63,989 nucleotides of DNA, filler included, from Stramenopiles sp. TOSAG23-3 (GCA_900128585.1; 17 parts of 17 records of this genome joined end to end with filler, not necessarily neighbours in it), one strand, 5' to 3'. Shown: positions 22,600 to 33,785, numbered from the whole stretch's first letter. The notes: generated by a model not told the origin, from the sequence alone. Program-made: numbers and translations.

Positions 22600-23296
22600 T
22601 CCATCGTTTTCCCAGCATTTTTGAGTTGAATACAGTGAAAACTTCTACACTGGAATTGACAGAAAATAAGTGGTTTGGCCAGGAAAAGCTGGCGTTTGAG
22701 TTGTATATGATCATGGTTCTAAAGTTCCGAAAACATTCCGGTACACGTTGAGTATTGGGACTAATCATATTGTACTCCCAGTGTTGAAGCCGTTCAAAAC
22801 GGCAGAAATACTCTAAAGGCACATCAAATTGCTTTCTATCAGAGTGGCTGTAAATGAGTATCTCCAACCTATTCGCCTGGTCAAGCACAACAAAACTAAA
22901 TTGTTTAGGCTCTCGGATTGGCCAGTTCAACAATTTGATATTGTTACTGTTCAGTAAAAGTTTTTTGGTGCTGTTGTATTCCTGAAAATAATCTGCTACG
23001 TTGGGTTTGATCTGCGGAAGTTCATGATTTGAAGAAACGTCCAACACTCTCAATTTTGGCCATTTGCCATCTAAACTGTCGTCCATGTTGAATCCAAGGT
23101 TTTGAAAAAGGCTCGACAGATCGTTAGAAGAGACGTTCAGCACTTCCAACGACTGCTGCAGCACCTCAAGAATAACAGAGAAGAAGAAGGTATTGAAAAT
23201 GACGACTGCTGCTGGACGATGCGCCGGGTGTTGTTCGTATGTATCGTAAGTCCTATACCATTCCAGTGGATTAAATTTCACAATGCATAAGAGCAT
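22600..23296 (-). pseudogene. Leucine-rich-repeat protein fragment, probably degenerate at the 5' end
   Basis: LEVLNVSSNDL, LRVLDVSSN and LLLNSNNI LRR motifs; all upstream frames close within about 100 nt; runs into the contig edge. Confidence 0.5.
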
Positions 23297-23564
23297 ATAT
23301 TTATGCCCACTGCCCCTTTCTATCAGTGACCATGACCGTGAACATTATCAGACGGAATCTTCTCACCCCTTAGAACAATCAACAATTGGACGGGAAACAA
23401 AAAAACATTCCAAACTCTCGTCATATCACACGTCAATTGCGATGCTAAGATTCGCTTTACAAATAGCGTTTTTTATAATATATTCCAACTATTTCATCCT
23501 TAGCTGCAAGTTTTATTTTAAAGAAATTGTTCGCAGGACGTCTTTAAAATCAGTATAGACTAAC

Positions 23565-25739
23565 ATGTCGACGGTCGCGCAGCTTGCAGGGAACGTATTT
23601 TTGGAGGGTGGGAAAAGCATTATCCCGTCAGCATCCCGGGTATTGTGCCTGTCAGTAGTTGCTCTTGGGGAGAAATTCGGAGCTATGAGGTTGTTTCCGA
23701 GACAATCTTCGATCGACAATGCTTTTAAGTGGACTGTTGCGATTGATATTGCTGCTTGGTTAACTATCTCCTTAGCATTCTGTAACACGGTGATCGAGGA
23801 ACGGTTTCTTTCCTTTTTCGGGCTGAGCGGCCCGCTCCACCTCCCGTTGATATTTTTCCCCCAGCAGGCTTTGTTTCTTCTGGCGTTGAGCTTCCGCCGC
23901 GACATATCCTTTCTTACGACATTTTATGCAATGTGCGGACTCGCCCTTTTGGTAGCAACGAACACGCACTACGAGTGGATGGTGTCGCCAACTCACGCTA
24001 ACACCAGCATTGCAATTATCGCCAACGATTGGGGCAGTAATGTTTCCGAAAGTGCAAGTGGATCGGGCGAAGGGACACTTTGGATTTACTCGGACAGGTA
24101 CACATGCGACGAGGGATCAATGTCCGCAAAGGCAGTCCTATTTCCAGCAATTTTACTGTTCATCATGGCAGCCTGGAACCGTTTGGACAAGTTAAGTCTC
24201 CTCCTGTTGCTCTGGTCTTCGATCGGGGTATCGAATTATAGAAACTGTACTAACGATTTGCCAAACACAGGGGTAATGAAGCTGATAGCTCAGATTGGCG
24301 GCTTTTTCATTATGAAGCTTTCTTCCGTTCCGACTGAAACTTTAAGGTCCTCCAACCAGCGCTCCAATTTTGCGCTACCCAAATGTGCGGACGATGTGAA
24401 GAATATTAGCATCGTTGTGGACGGTTTTATTGGACCTGACGCTGTAATATGCGGGATTTCACGTTCTTACGAAGCTTGGATTCACGAACTGGTTCGACAG
24501 AAACGGAACGTTACGTTGTATACCGCATTCTCCGCGGCAAGTATTGAGGAATACTTTGCTGAAAACGGCACAAAGCTCAAAGCTTATGAATTGGACACCG
24601 TCGAAATGTGTTACGTAACGCAAACGTACCATGCAACTCGCACAAACTACACAAACATAAGGCTCATTTCCAAGAATTTTTTGAGAGAGCAACCCGATGT
24701 GGTCCACGTTATTTTTGACGGGAGTTCTGTTCCCATCTTCAGCTGGGCTTGCGCTCACATGCAAATTCCAATTGTAGGCATTATTCATACAGATCTTTCT
24801 GTCATTGTCGAACGAAATGGTCTAAAGCTAGTTGGGGATCTTACTGTTAGCGGACAGAAGCTTGTGGGGTACACCTTGGACAGCGTTGCTACCCGAAGTC
24901 GTTCGTTTGCGCTTCGAATGGTCCAAATGCATCAGTGGAAATGTGACCATGTCATTAAGCCGCACGTCAAGACGGACGTGTTCATGCCCGTTGACGATTA
25001 TCGAACGAAAAGACTTCGAAACACGCTCATGTTTGGTGAACACAACAACGTCAACTCCAACATGCTGTTGGTTTACGCCGGGCGGTTGGATCTTGATAAA
25101 AGAGTGGACGAGATCATAAAGCTTGTTGAGCGAGTGGACGGGGTATATATTGCATTGGTAGGACATGGTGTCATGGGAGAAGACTTGAAGCAATTGCACG
25201 GAGAGAAACGTCGTATCTACTGCAAACCTGGCTTTGTTACCCACGAAGAATTAGCCCTCTATTACAGCTGCTGTGACTTGCACATCTCTGCATCGCAAAT
25301 GGAAACGCTGGGCAACACTGTCTTGGAGTCGTTGGCGTGCGGTACTCCTGTAATTACCCCGCGGGCACAGGGCTTTGTAGATTCCATTGAACATGGAGTG
25401 AACGGTCTCATGTGGGAGCCTTCAGAAGATCTATCAGACGCCGTGAGGCTTCTGAAGCTTTTGCGCGACGACAAATATCTACGGAAAACCTTGGAGAAAG
25501 GCGCATGCGACAGCATTAAGAACCTGCATGTTTCAAAAACGGTCAGTGACTTGCTTGAATGGTATGCAGATGCGAGCATCAGTAGACAAACGAAAACTTT
25601 TTCAATTATTCGACTAATGCTCTGTAGTTTTGTGTTGTTGCTTATGACGATGTTCGACTTTTTATGCATCCCCATTGCCAAACGCTTGCTCGAAAGGTTC
25701 TCGGACAAAAGCGAAAGAAAAAAGTTTAACAAATTGTAA
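23565..25739 (+). CDS. GT4 (GT-B) glycosyltransferase, SQD2/PimA-like glycolipid synthase type, with N-terminal multi-TM domain and C-terminal TM
   Basis: PDVVHV, IIHTD, LLVYAGRLDLDK, IALVGHG and ETLGNTVLESLACGTPVI (E-x7-E motif); about 250 hydrophobic N-terminal residues. Confidence 0.88.
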   Translation: MSTVAQLAGNVFLEGGKSIIPSASRVLCLSVVALGEKFGAMRLFPRQSSIDNAFKWTVAIDIAAWLTISLAFCNTVIEERFLSFFGLSGPLHLPLIFFPQQALFLLALSFRRDISFLTTFYAMCGLALLVATNTHYEWMVSPTHANTSIAIIANDWGSNVSESASGSGEGTLWIYSDRYTCDEGSMSAKAVLFPAILLFIMAAWNRLDKLSLLLLLWSSIGVSNYRNCTNDLPNTGVMKLIAQIGGFFIMKLSSVPTETLRSSNQRSNFALPKCADDVKNISIVVDGFIGPDAVICGISRSYEAWIHELVRQKRNVTLYTAFSAASIEEYFAENGTKLKAYELDTVEMCYVTQTYHATRTNYTNIRLISKNFLREQPDVVHVIFDGSSVPIFSWACAHMQIPIVGIIHTDLSVIVERNGLKLVGDLTVSGQKLVGYTLDSVATRSRSFALRMVQMHQWKCDHVIKPHVKTDVFMPVDDYRTKRLRNTLMFGEHNNVNSNMLLVYAGRLDLDKRVDEIIKLVERVDGVYIALVGHGVMGEDLKQLHGEKRRIYCKPGFVTHEELALYYSCCDLHISASQMETLGNTVLESLACGTPVITPRAQGFVDSIEHGVNGLMWEPSEDLSDAVRLLKLLRDDKYLRKTLEKGACDSIKNLHVSKTVSDLLEWYADASISRQTKTFSIIRLMLCSFVLLLMTMFDFLCIPIAKRLLERFSDKSERKKFNKL

Positions 25740-26499
25740 AACAGACTTCGTACAAAGCAAAACCGAATTAAATTAAATAAGTTTAGAGAGAATATACTCT
25801 GGTAACATTAAGAATTATAATATAAGTTTTAAAAAAAACTAATTTTATAGTATGTTTTAAGACTCTCAAGATTATCCCAATTGTAGAACTGATTTATTTC
25901 TGCAACTATGATAATAAAAATCACAAAATTCAAGTCGGTCAAAACCTCCTTTGTCGTTCCTACGATATTTTAACTTTCGATCTTGGTCCCAATCGTAATC
26001 CTCGAAATTTTGTACCCTCGCGTCTGGTTGTGTTCCGTAATTTACGTGTTCGCTTGATTGGGAACTAGACTGTGACTCCAATTTCTCCGAATCCTGGCCA
26101 GTACGTCTGCCAAATATGCATCCGGTCCAATTGTTGGATTGAGCGACTTTATTGCCAGTTGAATAGCGTCCCCGGCTATGTATTGGTCTGGGAATAAAGT
26201 CGAGATAGCAGCTATTTATTATAGGCGAGTTTCGGAATTCAACAAAATTCTCCAGTTGAAACCATTTTTCTACCCCCATGTTCGTGCGGATGTGTGCAGT
26301 TAGTGATCGAGTTTATGATTAAAATGATATTTTTACATCATAAAATTATCGCAAATTATCGCAATATCTTTTTAGTATCATAATAAAACTTTAGAAACTA
26401 CAATTCCCTAAACCATAAAAAGAGGCTCCGATTCCTTATATACTTATCTTGTGATCATCCAAACAACTTGCTACAAACGGTCAGGGGACCGGACGCCCT

Positions 26500-27519
26500 C
26501 TACAACAGCCTGTCTCCAATCTTGACTTTACTCTCGTACCCGCACAACGATGCCACTTCAATATCTCTTCTAACTTTGAGTTCGGCATTCCTTGGCACCA
26601 CCAAAGCAATGGCACTGCCACCCATGTGAAAACACCCGACCTCATCAAGAATCTCGATTTCATCGCCTTCGTTAAATTTTACGTCAATAGAATCAATACC
26701 AATACCTCCAACGACCATCATTGCGACATGGGTTTGCAGTATATGAGAATAGATAAGGTACAATACGCGCCGATTTTCTGTTAAAATGTCCCAGCCAGAT
26801 TTTAGGGCAAAAGGTCGAACACTCTCACTGTACCGCAGCGGCTCCATGTAATCAACCCGTTTTACGACCGTCCCAGATACGGGTGCATAAAATCTGTGAA
26901 TGTTGTACACATCTAACTTAAAAATGTACATATTGGCGCTCATGAATTCATTCAAATGCCCACCTGGTATCCCCATAGATTCCAGCGTAAAACCCTTGTC
27001 CTTCACCCAAAATGTCTGCGTGTTCATAATTGAAGAGTACGCTACAACTGTTCCTTCAGCAGGGGAGACCAGTGGTTCCTGAGTCGAACGGTTCAATTGA
27101 ACTGGGGAACGTGTAAAGAAGTCGTCTATACTCGTGTAGGAATGAATAGGAAAAGAACCGCTGTCTGGGTCAACTCCATTATCGTTTGCCCACTTCACAA
27201 TTTCGTGGGTTGGGCAAGGAAGTTGTTTCTGATTGAAGTACCATCTCGCAGCTTTCTTCGCAAGTCTGTGAACAAAACTGCTTGGGACTCCAAACCAATT
27301 CTCGTCGTAGAGTGCCTTAAAACCAAGCCCGGGTAAAAATCCGAAAGGTTTTTGGGAGTTCAACTTGTAGCTTTTTGTTATGTCATCAAAGGATACGACG
27401 CACGGTTTGCGCAAGAATTCTAAAAAATGTTTCAACCAAACAAGTACTACTGCCGTCACTAGGCCTAGCACGTAACCGTGAGCGAATGTGAGGTCGTCCA
27501 CCAAAAGCATATCTGACAT
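26500..27519 (-). CDS. Phosphatidylserine decarboxylase family (pyruvoyl) proenzyme, divergent, with N-terminal TM anchor
   Basis: YTSIDDFFTR, LVSPAEG, IHRFYAPVSG, ENRR, VGG..IDSI, GCFHMGGSAIAL (cleavage Ser codon 26614-26616), VKIG. Confidence 0.9.
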   Translation of the reverse strand: MSDMLLVDDLTFAHGYVLGLVTAVVLVWLKHFLEFLRKPCVVSFDDITKSYKLNSQKPFGFLPGLGFKALYDENWFGVPSSFVHRLAKKAARWYFNQKQLPCPTHEIVKWANDNGVDPDSGSFPIHSYTSIDDFFTRSPVQLNRSTQEPLVSPAEGTVVAYSSIMNTQTFWVKDKGFTLESMGIPGGHLNEFMSANMYIFKLDVYNIHRFYAPVSGTVVKRVDYMEPLRYSESVRPFALKSGWDILTENRRVLYLIYSHILQTHVAMMVVGGIGIDSIDVKFNEGDEIEILDEVGCFHMGGSAIALVVPRNAELKVRRDIEVASLCGYESKVKIGDRLL

Positions 27520-27864
27520 TGTACACTTAAAATGTACGAAGGCTGCGGTCGTGAACTATTGCTCCTCCCCGCGTTGCTATTTGAATATCGTCGTTTAACC
27601 GACAAAGGCTCGCGTGGCGTGCTGGCAAGCGCTGAGATAGAGTTCAAAGGTTCAAAGCGAATTAGTTTAATATTAAGTATTAATTAGTTAATTATTATTA
27701 AAACCAAACTCCTCCAGAGAAGAAGAACTCCAGTGCATGCTGCCAAAATATTTTCATAAGTATCCTTTGTATAATATTCATATACTTTTTATCTAGTAAT
27801 TATTCTACCATGAACCATGGTATACAATGTCGTGGAACACAGGATAAACACACCATCTAATTAG

Positions 27865-28097
27865 GGGCTACACACTCCCGGGAATCTCGGGAGGGATTTT
27901 TAGCCGGGAGAGCGGGACGGGAGAGGTTTTTCATCGGGAAATACCATCAAACAACAGGTAATAGCATTGATTTGGTTCTTTCGGGAATGTCGGGACGGGA
28001 GGCGGGAGGAGGGAGGAGGAAATAACATCAATTAATTCCCGGGAATGTCGGGACGACGACGGGAGGAAAATAGTGCCGGGAATGACCACCAGCCTTA
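27865..28097 (+). repeat. CGGGA-motif cluster (14 copies, one strand) between divergent PSD and methyltransferase genes
   Basis: 14 CGGGA counted between 27879 and 28081. Confidence 0.85.
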
Positions 28098-28334
28098 TTA
28101 GCACACCAACAAATGTATCATTTGTAGTATGTACAAAACTATATATTTTATTTATCCTGTATATATTACAATAGTCTTTTACTAAAGGGTGACATTCATT
28201 TCTTGAAATGTTCTCTTATGAAGAATTAAGACCAATCTTTGCTAAAATAGCTAGAGAAAGATAAAAAACCGATTCCAACAAGTCACTAAAAGTTACCGCG
28301 TCAAATTATACTGAAAAGTGTAACGTCCCACAAA

Positions 28335-28964
28335 ATGGCAGACAACTTTACGACTATTTTTACGGACCCCGCACCGGTAGCTTATTTAAATGTTGACGAG
28401 AAGATGCGAAACAATCTGTTGGCAATTGCTGTGATAATGTTCATAGAACATGTAGGATACTCCATAATTTGGTTGAAACCCGTCTTGCTTTCTGATCGTA
28501 TTCGAGGAAAAAATCCAGTGGAGTGTGTGCATGCATTTCTTGTGTCACAAAAGTGCATGCAAGCGTGCGCTGTTGGAATGTACTACTTGCAGAACAAAAG
28601 TCATTATATTTTACGACAAACATTCGCAGAGATCGTCACATTTGGCGTCACACTGGGATTGCTAATGATTGCGATCGGGCAGCTATTGAATTTCAGTGTA
28701 TACAAGGCAATAAAAAAAGAAGGTGTGTACTATGGTGTTAGGTTTGGATACCACATTCCATGGGTCACAAGCTTTCCCTACAACTTGAAGTGGTTAAGGC
28801 ACCCTCAGTACATCGGATCGCTTCTGACCTGGTTCGGGCTGGCCTTCATTGCCCTGAGTGTCTTTGAATACAATTTTCACTGCACCCAATTTGTTTTAGG
28901 AATTTGTGTAATTCAAATTTTAAATTACGGGGGAATGATGTACATTGAAAATATAGCTGTGTAG
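28335..28964 (+). CDS. Phospholipid N-methyltransferase (PEMT family; plant PLMT/yeast Opi3-like)
   Basis: GQLLNFSVYKAIKKEGVYYGVRFG..IPWVTSFPY...RHPQYIGS; several TM helices. Confidence 0.92.
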   Translation: MADNFTTIFTDPAPVAYLNVDEKMRNNLLAIAVIMFIEHVGYSIIWLKPVLLSDRIRGKNPVECVHAFLVSQKCMQACAVGMYYLQNKSHYILRQTFAEIVTFGVTLGLLMIAIGQLLNFSVYKAIKKEGVYYGVRFGYHIPWVTSFPYNLKWLRHPQYIGSLLTWFGLAFIALSVFEYNFHCTQFVLGICVIQILNYGGMMYIENIAV

Positions 28965-30610
28965 AGCAGCGTTCTGTAAGAACTTAGCAGGGTGCCAAAA
29001 ATCGTTCGGGGTCCCAATTTGTACGACAACATTAGAATTTTTCGCTCCCGTCTTTTCTTTGCTTTCTCAATTCCAAAACGTTCGTTTGATTTTTAGTTTT
29101 GTAAATCCCCCAACCACAACGGTAGAACACAGCGTAGGATGAAGCCTCTACGCTTGAGGGAAAAATAAAGATATATTTTTTTTTCGTTCGTTCACAAATC
29201 TCATTTTATAATACAGAACACGTTCATTTTGTTGATGAAGATTCATAAAATATAACAACCCCTATAATATTAAATAATAATACTGCTGTGTTTATTATAT
29301 ACTGTATTAATATTAATTCATGTAAAAATATTATTAATAATTGAATCTTTGAAAAAATGAATCTTCACAACAACAACAAATAATATTTATATTATCTTCA
29401 TCAACAACAACGAGAGACGACCGACAAAATTATTTTTTTTAAAATTATAATTATATATTGTGTATAATTGGAATAATATTATACGAGTAGGGTTAATATT
29501 ATTTTTTAACATCGTCCAACAAGGAATAATATAATTAAATAATAATAATAATAAAATTATAATAATATAATTTCTACAACAGCAGATGCACAATTTCAAC
29601 TGTTGGGGTTTACTATGTTGGTTGGGGTATGTACGGAATATTTCATCTAAAAAGCAACGGACAAATGCCATAACGGGATTGGACGAACATAATATTTAGT
29701 CCATTGTTAAGTGCCATTGAACATTCATTTCTCACCTGATTTGACTTTGTTTTTGCTTTTGTCAGATTCATGCCTGTCTTTCGTCGATGTATGCGCTGCG
29801 GTAAAACCTGTGTATGGTCCACATATCAATTATTGGAGCACGTGCAAGGGTGTCAATCTAGCCCCTCCTCTTCGCCGCAAATGATTGATGCTGTGTCTTT
29901 AGAAACAGGGAAAAAAATGAAAAATATTGAACCTCTAAATTTGAATAGCGTTGCCCGACTATCGCAGGTACCTGCAGCAACCGGTAGTCCTCGGAGTACG
30001 GATTTTGCGGGATCGCGGAGCAAGGATGTAACAGGTTCGCATACCCGATGCAGCCAAGATCACAAGCTGTAGACAGTGGTGCTTGCACCCGGAGGTAATC
30101 TTTGTATGGATCGCTCCGAGTTGACGGAACTGTTACATCCTTGCTCGCACGTTATCTCATGCTGTGGTCACAGATTGACGTTTAAGGGCATGTGCTTTGC
30201 ACCGCGCTCGCTATGCACCGGCACTGTGAAGTTGATTTGCGAGCTTACACAGCAGTTAGGACCAGCCTCATCCCTCCGGCTAATCGTTGTCAACACTGAA
30301 GGTTGCGATCGTCTTGGTGGCGCAGACCCGAGACGTGGGTGTGGGGAGCGCCTGCTCTTGTCGTGTCTGTGCTGTTGTCTGCCGCCGCACCGAGACAATG
30401 TTGGCGTGATGAATTACCTCAGCCGCAAGGCGCCCTCCAACCCCTTCTCACCGAGGGTGTAATAAAAAAAATGGAGCTATTTATACATATGGCCCGCTTT
30501 TTGAGGCCAGTTTAAAATTAGGGTTTTTCGTGTTTTCTCCTTAAAAATTACAAAAATTAAGCTTACATATTATATCCTATCAAAATAATAAAATGACCCT
30601 TCGGGACGCT

Positions 30611-30889
30611 TGGCAAGGGCCTATTTCTATAATTTACCTAATTGTCGATAGAATGGAAGGAGCCGCTCGGTAGAGATTCTAAGCCTTCACTACTCTACAC
30701 TCAGGCCAGAATATTGTAGTGTATTAAGTACATAAACCTAATAAAAATAATGGCCTGAGTGGTGCGATCAGGCGAATGGGCACAGCATGCTACGCTATGC
30801 TGTGTTTATATGAAGCCTTAGCAGCACCCACGAGCGGCTCCTTCCATTCTATCGACAATTAGGTAAATTATAGAAAAAGGCCCCTGCCA
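30611..30889. mobile_element. Fold-back/MITE-like element with 59-bp inverted repeats
   Basis: 30611-30669 and 30831-30889 are reverse complements with 2 mismatches; the interior is non-coding; the right arm ends at the contig edge. Confidence 0.7.
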
Positions 30890-31016
30890 NNNNNNNNNNN
30901 NNNNNNNNNNNNNNNNNNNNNNNNNNNNNNNNNTTAATTAATTAANNNNNNNNNNNNNNNNNNNNNNNNNNNNNNNNNNNNNNNNNNNNCCCCCCCTCCT
31001 CCACAACCATCCCCTC

Positions 31017-32126
31017 TCACGCCCAGATCTTCATGGACGTGTCCCAGCTTCCCGTACAAACGGCGTCCCCGTTCGGGGAGACGTTCACGCACGAGACTCG
31101 GTTTTCGTGCGTCCGCAGGAACGATCCAGATCCAAGGCGCTTCGGGGACTTCCCTGGGCTCAGGGTATCCCACACGCTGCAGTTGAAATCGTCCTGTGCC
31201 GCGAACAACAACCGGCCGCTGAACGAGCTCGATACGGACGTGATCCCGCTGATGACCCCTTCGTCCACGAACTTTGCGAGCTCACGGCCGCACCGGAGGT
31301 CCCACACGCGCACGGACGCGTCGTCGGAGCCGGTCGCGATCGTGTGGCCATCGTTGAAGAACTCGACGCAGTTTATGTCCGCCTCGTGGCCCCAGAGCTC
31401 CATCGTCGGGGTGCTTGGGTGGAGCCGAGTGTCCCACACCTTTGCGACCATGTCGCAGGACCCGGAGACGAACTGTGCCTTGTTCGTCTTGCTCACGGAT
31501 ACGCTCATGACGTCGCTCGTGTGCCCGGTGAACACCGCGACCGATTTCCGAGTCGGGATGTCCCACAGCATGCACGTGTGGTCTCCGCTGGAGGTCAAGA
31601 TCTGCCGGTCGCTGATGAACCGGCAGCAGGACAGGTACCCCTCGTGCCCCGACAACTCCGCGGACGGCCCGCGCTCCGACGTCCACGTGTCGTTCAGCAC
31701 GTAAACGGAGCACATGTTGTCCAGGCCCCCGCACGCTACCGTCCTGGCCGTCTCCGTGGACTGGTCGAACGCGCACGTCATCACCCACGCCGACCGGAGC
31801 GGGATCGCCCACAGCTTGTTCGTCGTCAGGCCGTCCCAAACGATCATCTTCCCGTCCTGCGACGCGCTCACGAGGCGGCGGGAGTCCCCGGACCAGTGCA
31901 ACGAGTACACTTTGCCAAAGTGCCCCATAAGTTTCTTTCGCATTTGAAACTTTTCCGGGGACGGAGGCGTCTGCTCGGACGATGCCTTCGACTTCGTCGC
32001 CGCCCGGAGCTGGTTGTGCGCATGGACGTCCGGGTCCTCAAAGTCTACCTCGTCGGACGTCGGCAGCTTTTTCAGCTTTCGCTGCTGCTTGACTTGGTCC
32101 TTTAACGTGGACGGGTCGGTCGACAT
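31017..32126 (-). CDS. Heterotrimeric G-protein beta subunit, paralogue 1
   Basis: [13 protein letters not shown]...LVSASQDGK...[12 protein letters not shown]...[35 protein letters not shown]; likely ATG at 32126. Confidence 0.95.
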   Translation of the reverse strand: MSTDPSTLKDQVKQQRKLKKLPTSDEVDFEDPDVHAHNQLRAATKSKASSEQTPPSPEKFQMRKKLMGHFGKVYSLHWSGDSRRLVSASQDGKMIVWDGLTTNKLWAIPLRSAWVMTCAFDQSTETARTVACGGLDNMCSVYVLNDTWTSERGPSAELSGHEGYLSCCRFISDRQILTSSGDHTCMLWDIPTRKSVAVFTGHTSDVMSVSVSKTNKAQFVSGSCDMVAKVWDTRLHPSTPTMELWGHEADINCVEFFNDGHTIATGSDDASVRVWDLRCGRELAKFVDEGVISGITSVSSSFSGRLLFAAQDDFNCSVWDTLSPGKSPKRLGSGSFLRTHENRVSCVNVSPNGDAVCTGSWDTSMKIWA

Positions 32127-33785
32127 TCCTTCCAATCCTCTAATACGCAATCGTTTATGCCGTTCCTTCGATTGATTGATCGATCCTACGCCCAAAGATA
32201 TCCAATGTATACCGTTCAACACCAATTACCGCGGGATGAAACCTTCCTGTACCGGACCCGAACCCAGTCGTACCGATTCAATGCAAAAGTGCAAAAAGAC
32301 GCAAAATCACACACAAGCGGGGGGCGTGCAGTGATTCTCGCTCATTCGTTTCGCTTCTTTCGTTCCATCATTGAACAAATTCGGTCATTACTCGGCATTC
32401 CTATTCGTTCATTTACAACAAATTATCGAAAATTTTCGTCACTTTCCGCAAAACATTTCGTTTAAAAATGTACGAAATACACCACACAGCATAGGGAATC
32501 AAGAAGTATCTGTTATGTATCACTGCCCCATTTATTTAGTATACAAAAACGCCTATGTAAAGTATCGAACAATATCAACTATCCAATAGTACCTTGTCTT
32601 AAATTATCCAAGCAACCGATTGTTAAATATGTACTTGTAGTGTCTTAGAATATAATATTTGATAGAATATCCTGAATGAATGATGATCTCAACGAGGAGC
32701 CACTCACTCAGCCAATGATTTGAGGAAGACAGCATTGGATCGAGAAGTCTGGGAAAGAAATGGATGCTGTGTGTATGTAATTGAATTGTAGAATAAACTT
32801 CAACACAAAATTTGAGTTTGAGTTTGAGTTTGAGTTTGAGTTTGAGTTCGAGTTTGTTAATATTAGGAATGTGTAACCCGTTTGTTTGATTTTCTTGGAG
32901 ATGTTATTGCAATTGTTCTGATTGATATATATTGTTGGATACTTTCATAAACAAAATATGCTGTTTTAGAAACTGAGTTCTCAGTTGTTCTCGTGGCGAG
33001 CAGAGCAGTCAGTCGCGTGGTGTTTTTTTGGTAATAGTCCGAAATCAGGTATGTATCGAGTGATTCAAAGAAGGTGGACGTTTGCTTCTCTTTGGTTTGA
33101 TAATGTAAATGAAGGTATTTGAATTTTTACGATTTGATTTAAAATGTAGAGAAATGGGAAAGACCTTTTTTGTCTTTTTGAAGATGTTGTATATCGGCTA
33201 ACTGTTGAATCCGTTCGAACGATTAAACGAGAAAGTCCGATCGATCAAATGCTATTCTACGCCCTGTTTCGGCGAACTTTTCCGACATTGCCAAACATCC
33301 AAAAGGAAAGAAACGTACAATTTCTTACATAAGAAGAAAGAAGAAAGATCTCGCCAGATCTCGATTCGATTAACTTCCCCAGACGGAAGTCTAGTCAGTC
33401 GTCTTCTTGGTTCTTGGTTCTTGGTTCTGGTTCTTGGGTCTTGGTTCTTGGTTCTTGGTTCTTAGTTCTGGCTTCTTTCGGGCGTCTTAAAGTGTTTGCC
33501 TTTCTTTTGTTTCTTCTGTTGTTTCTTCTGTAGTATGATCATCCCCTACCTAAACTTAACTAAACTAAAGAAATTCTTTCTATTCTTCTTTCTATTCTTC
33601 TTTCTATTCTTCTTTCTATTCTTCTTTCTATTCTTCTTTTATGTTTTTATATATTTAGTAGAAGTTTATTAAAAGAAATACCTCTTTCTCTTTCTCTCTC
33701 TTCTTTCGGCTAAAAATAGAAATGAAGGCACAACAGGGCACAACAGGACATAACAGGTTAGCTTTTTTAGGCTAAAAATAGAAAA

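Noticed and set aside
21193-28964. Adding the aminopropyltransferase to the lipid cluster
   Set aside because: A linker at 22500-22599 separates them, so there is no evidence of linkage.
29770-30462. ORFs 29770-30072 and 30076-30462 as genes
   Set aside because: Only a possible C2HC-like motif after a splice-acceptor-like site; too weak to call, and it overlaps suspected repeat DNA.
32811-32853. (TTTGAG)n as a telomere
   Set aside because: Short, internal and not a G-run telomeric unit; an ordinary microsatellite.
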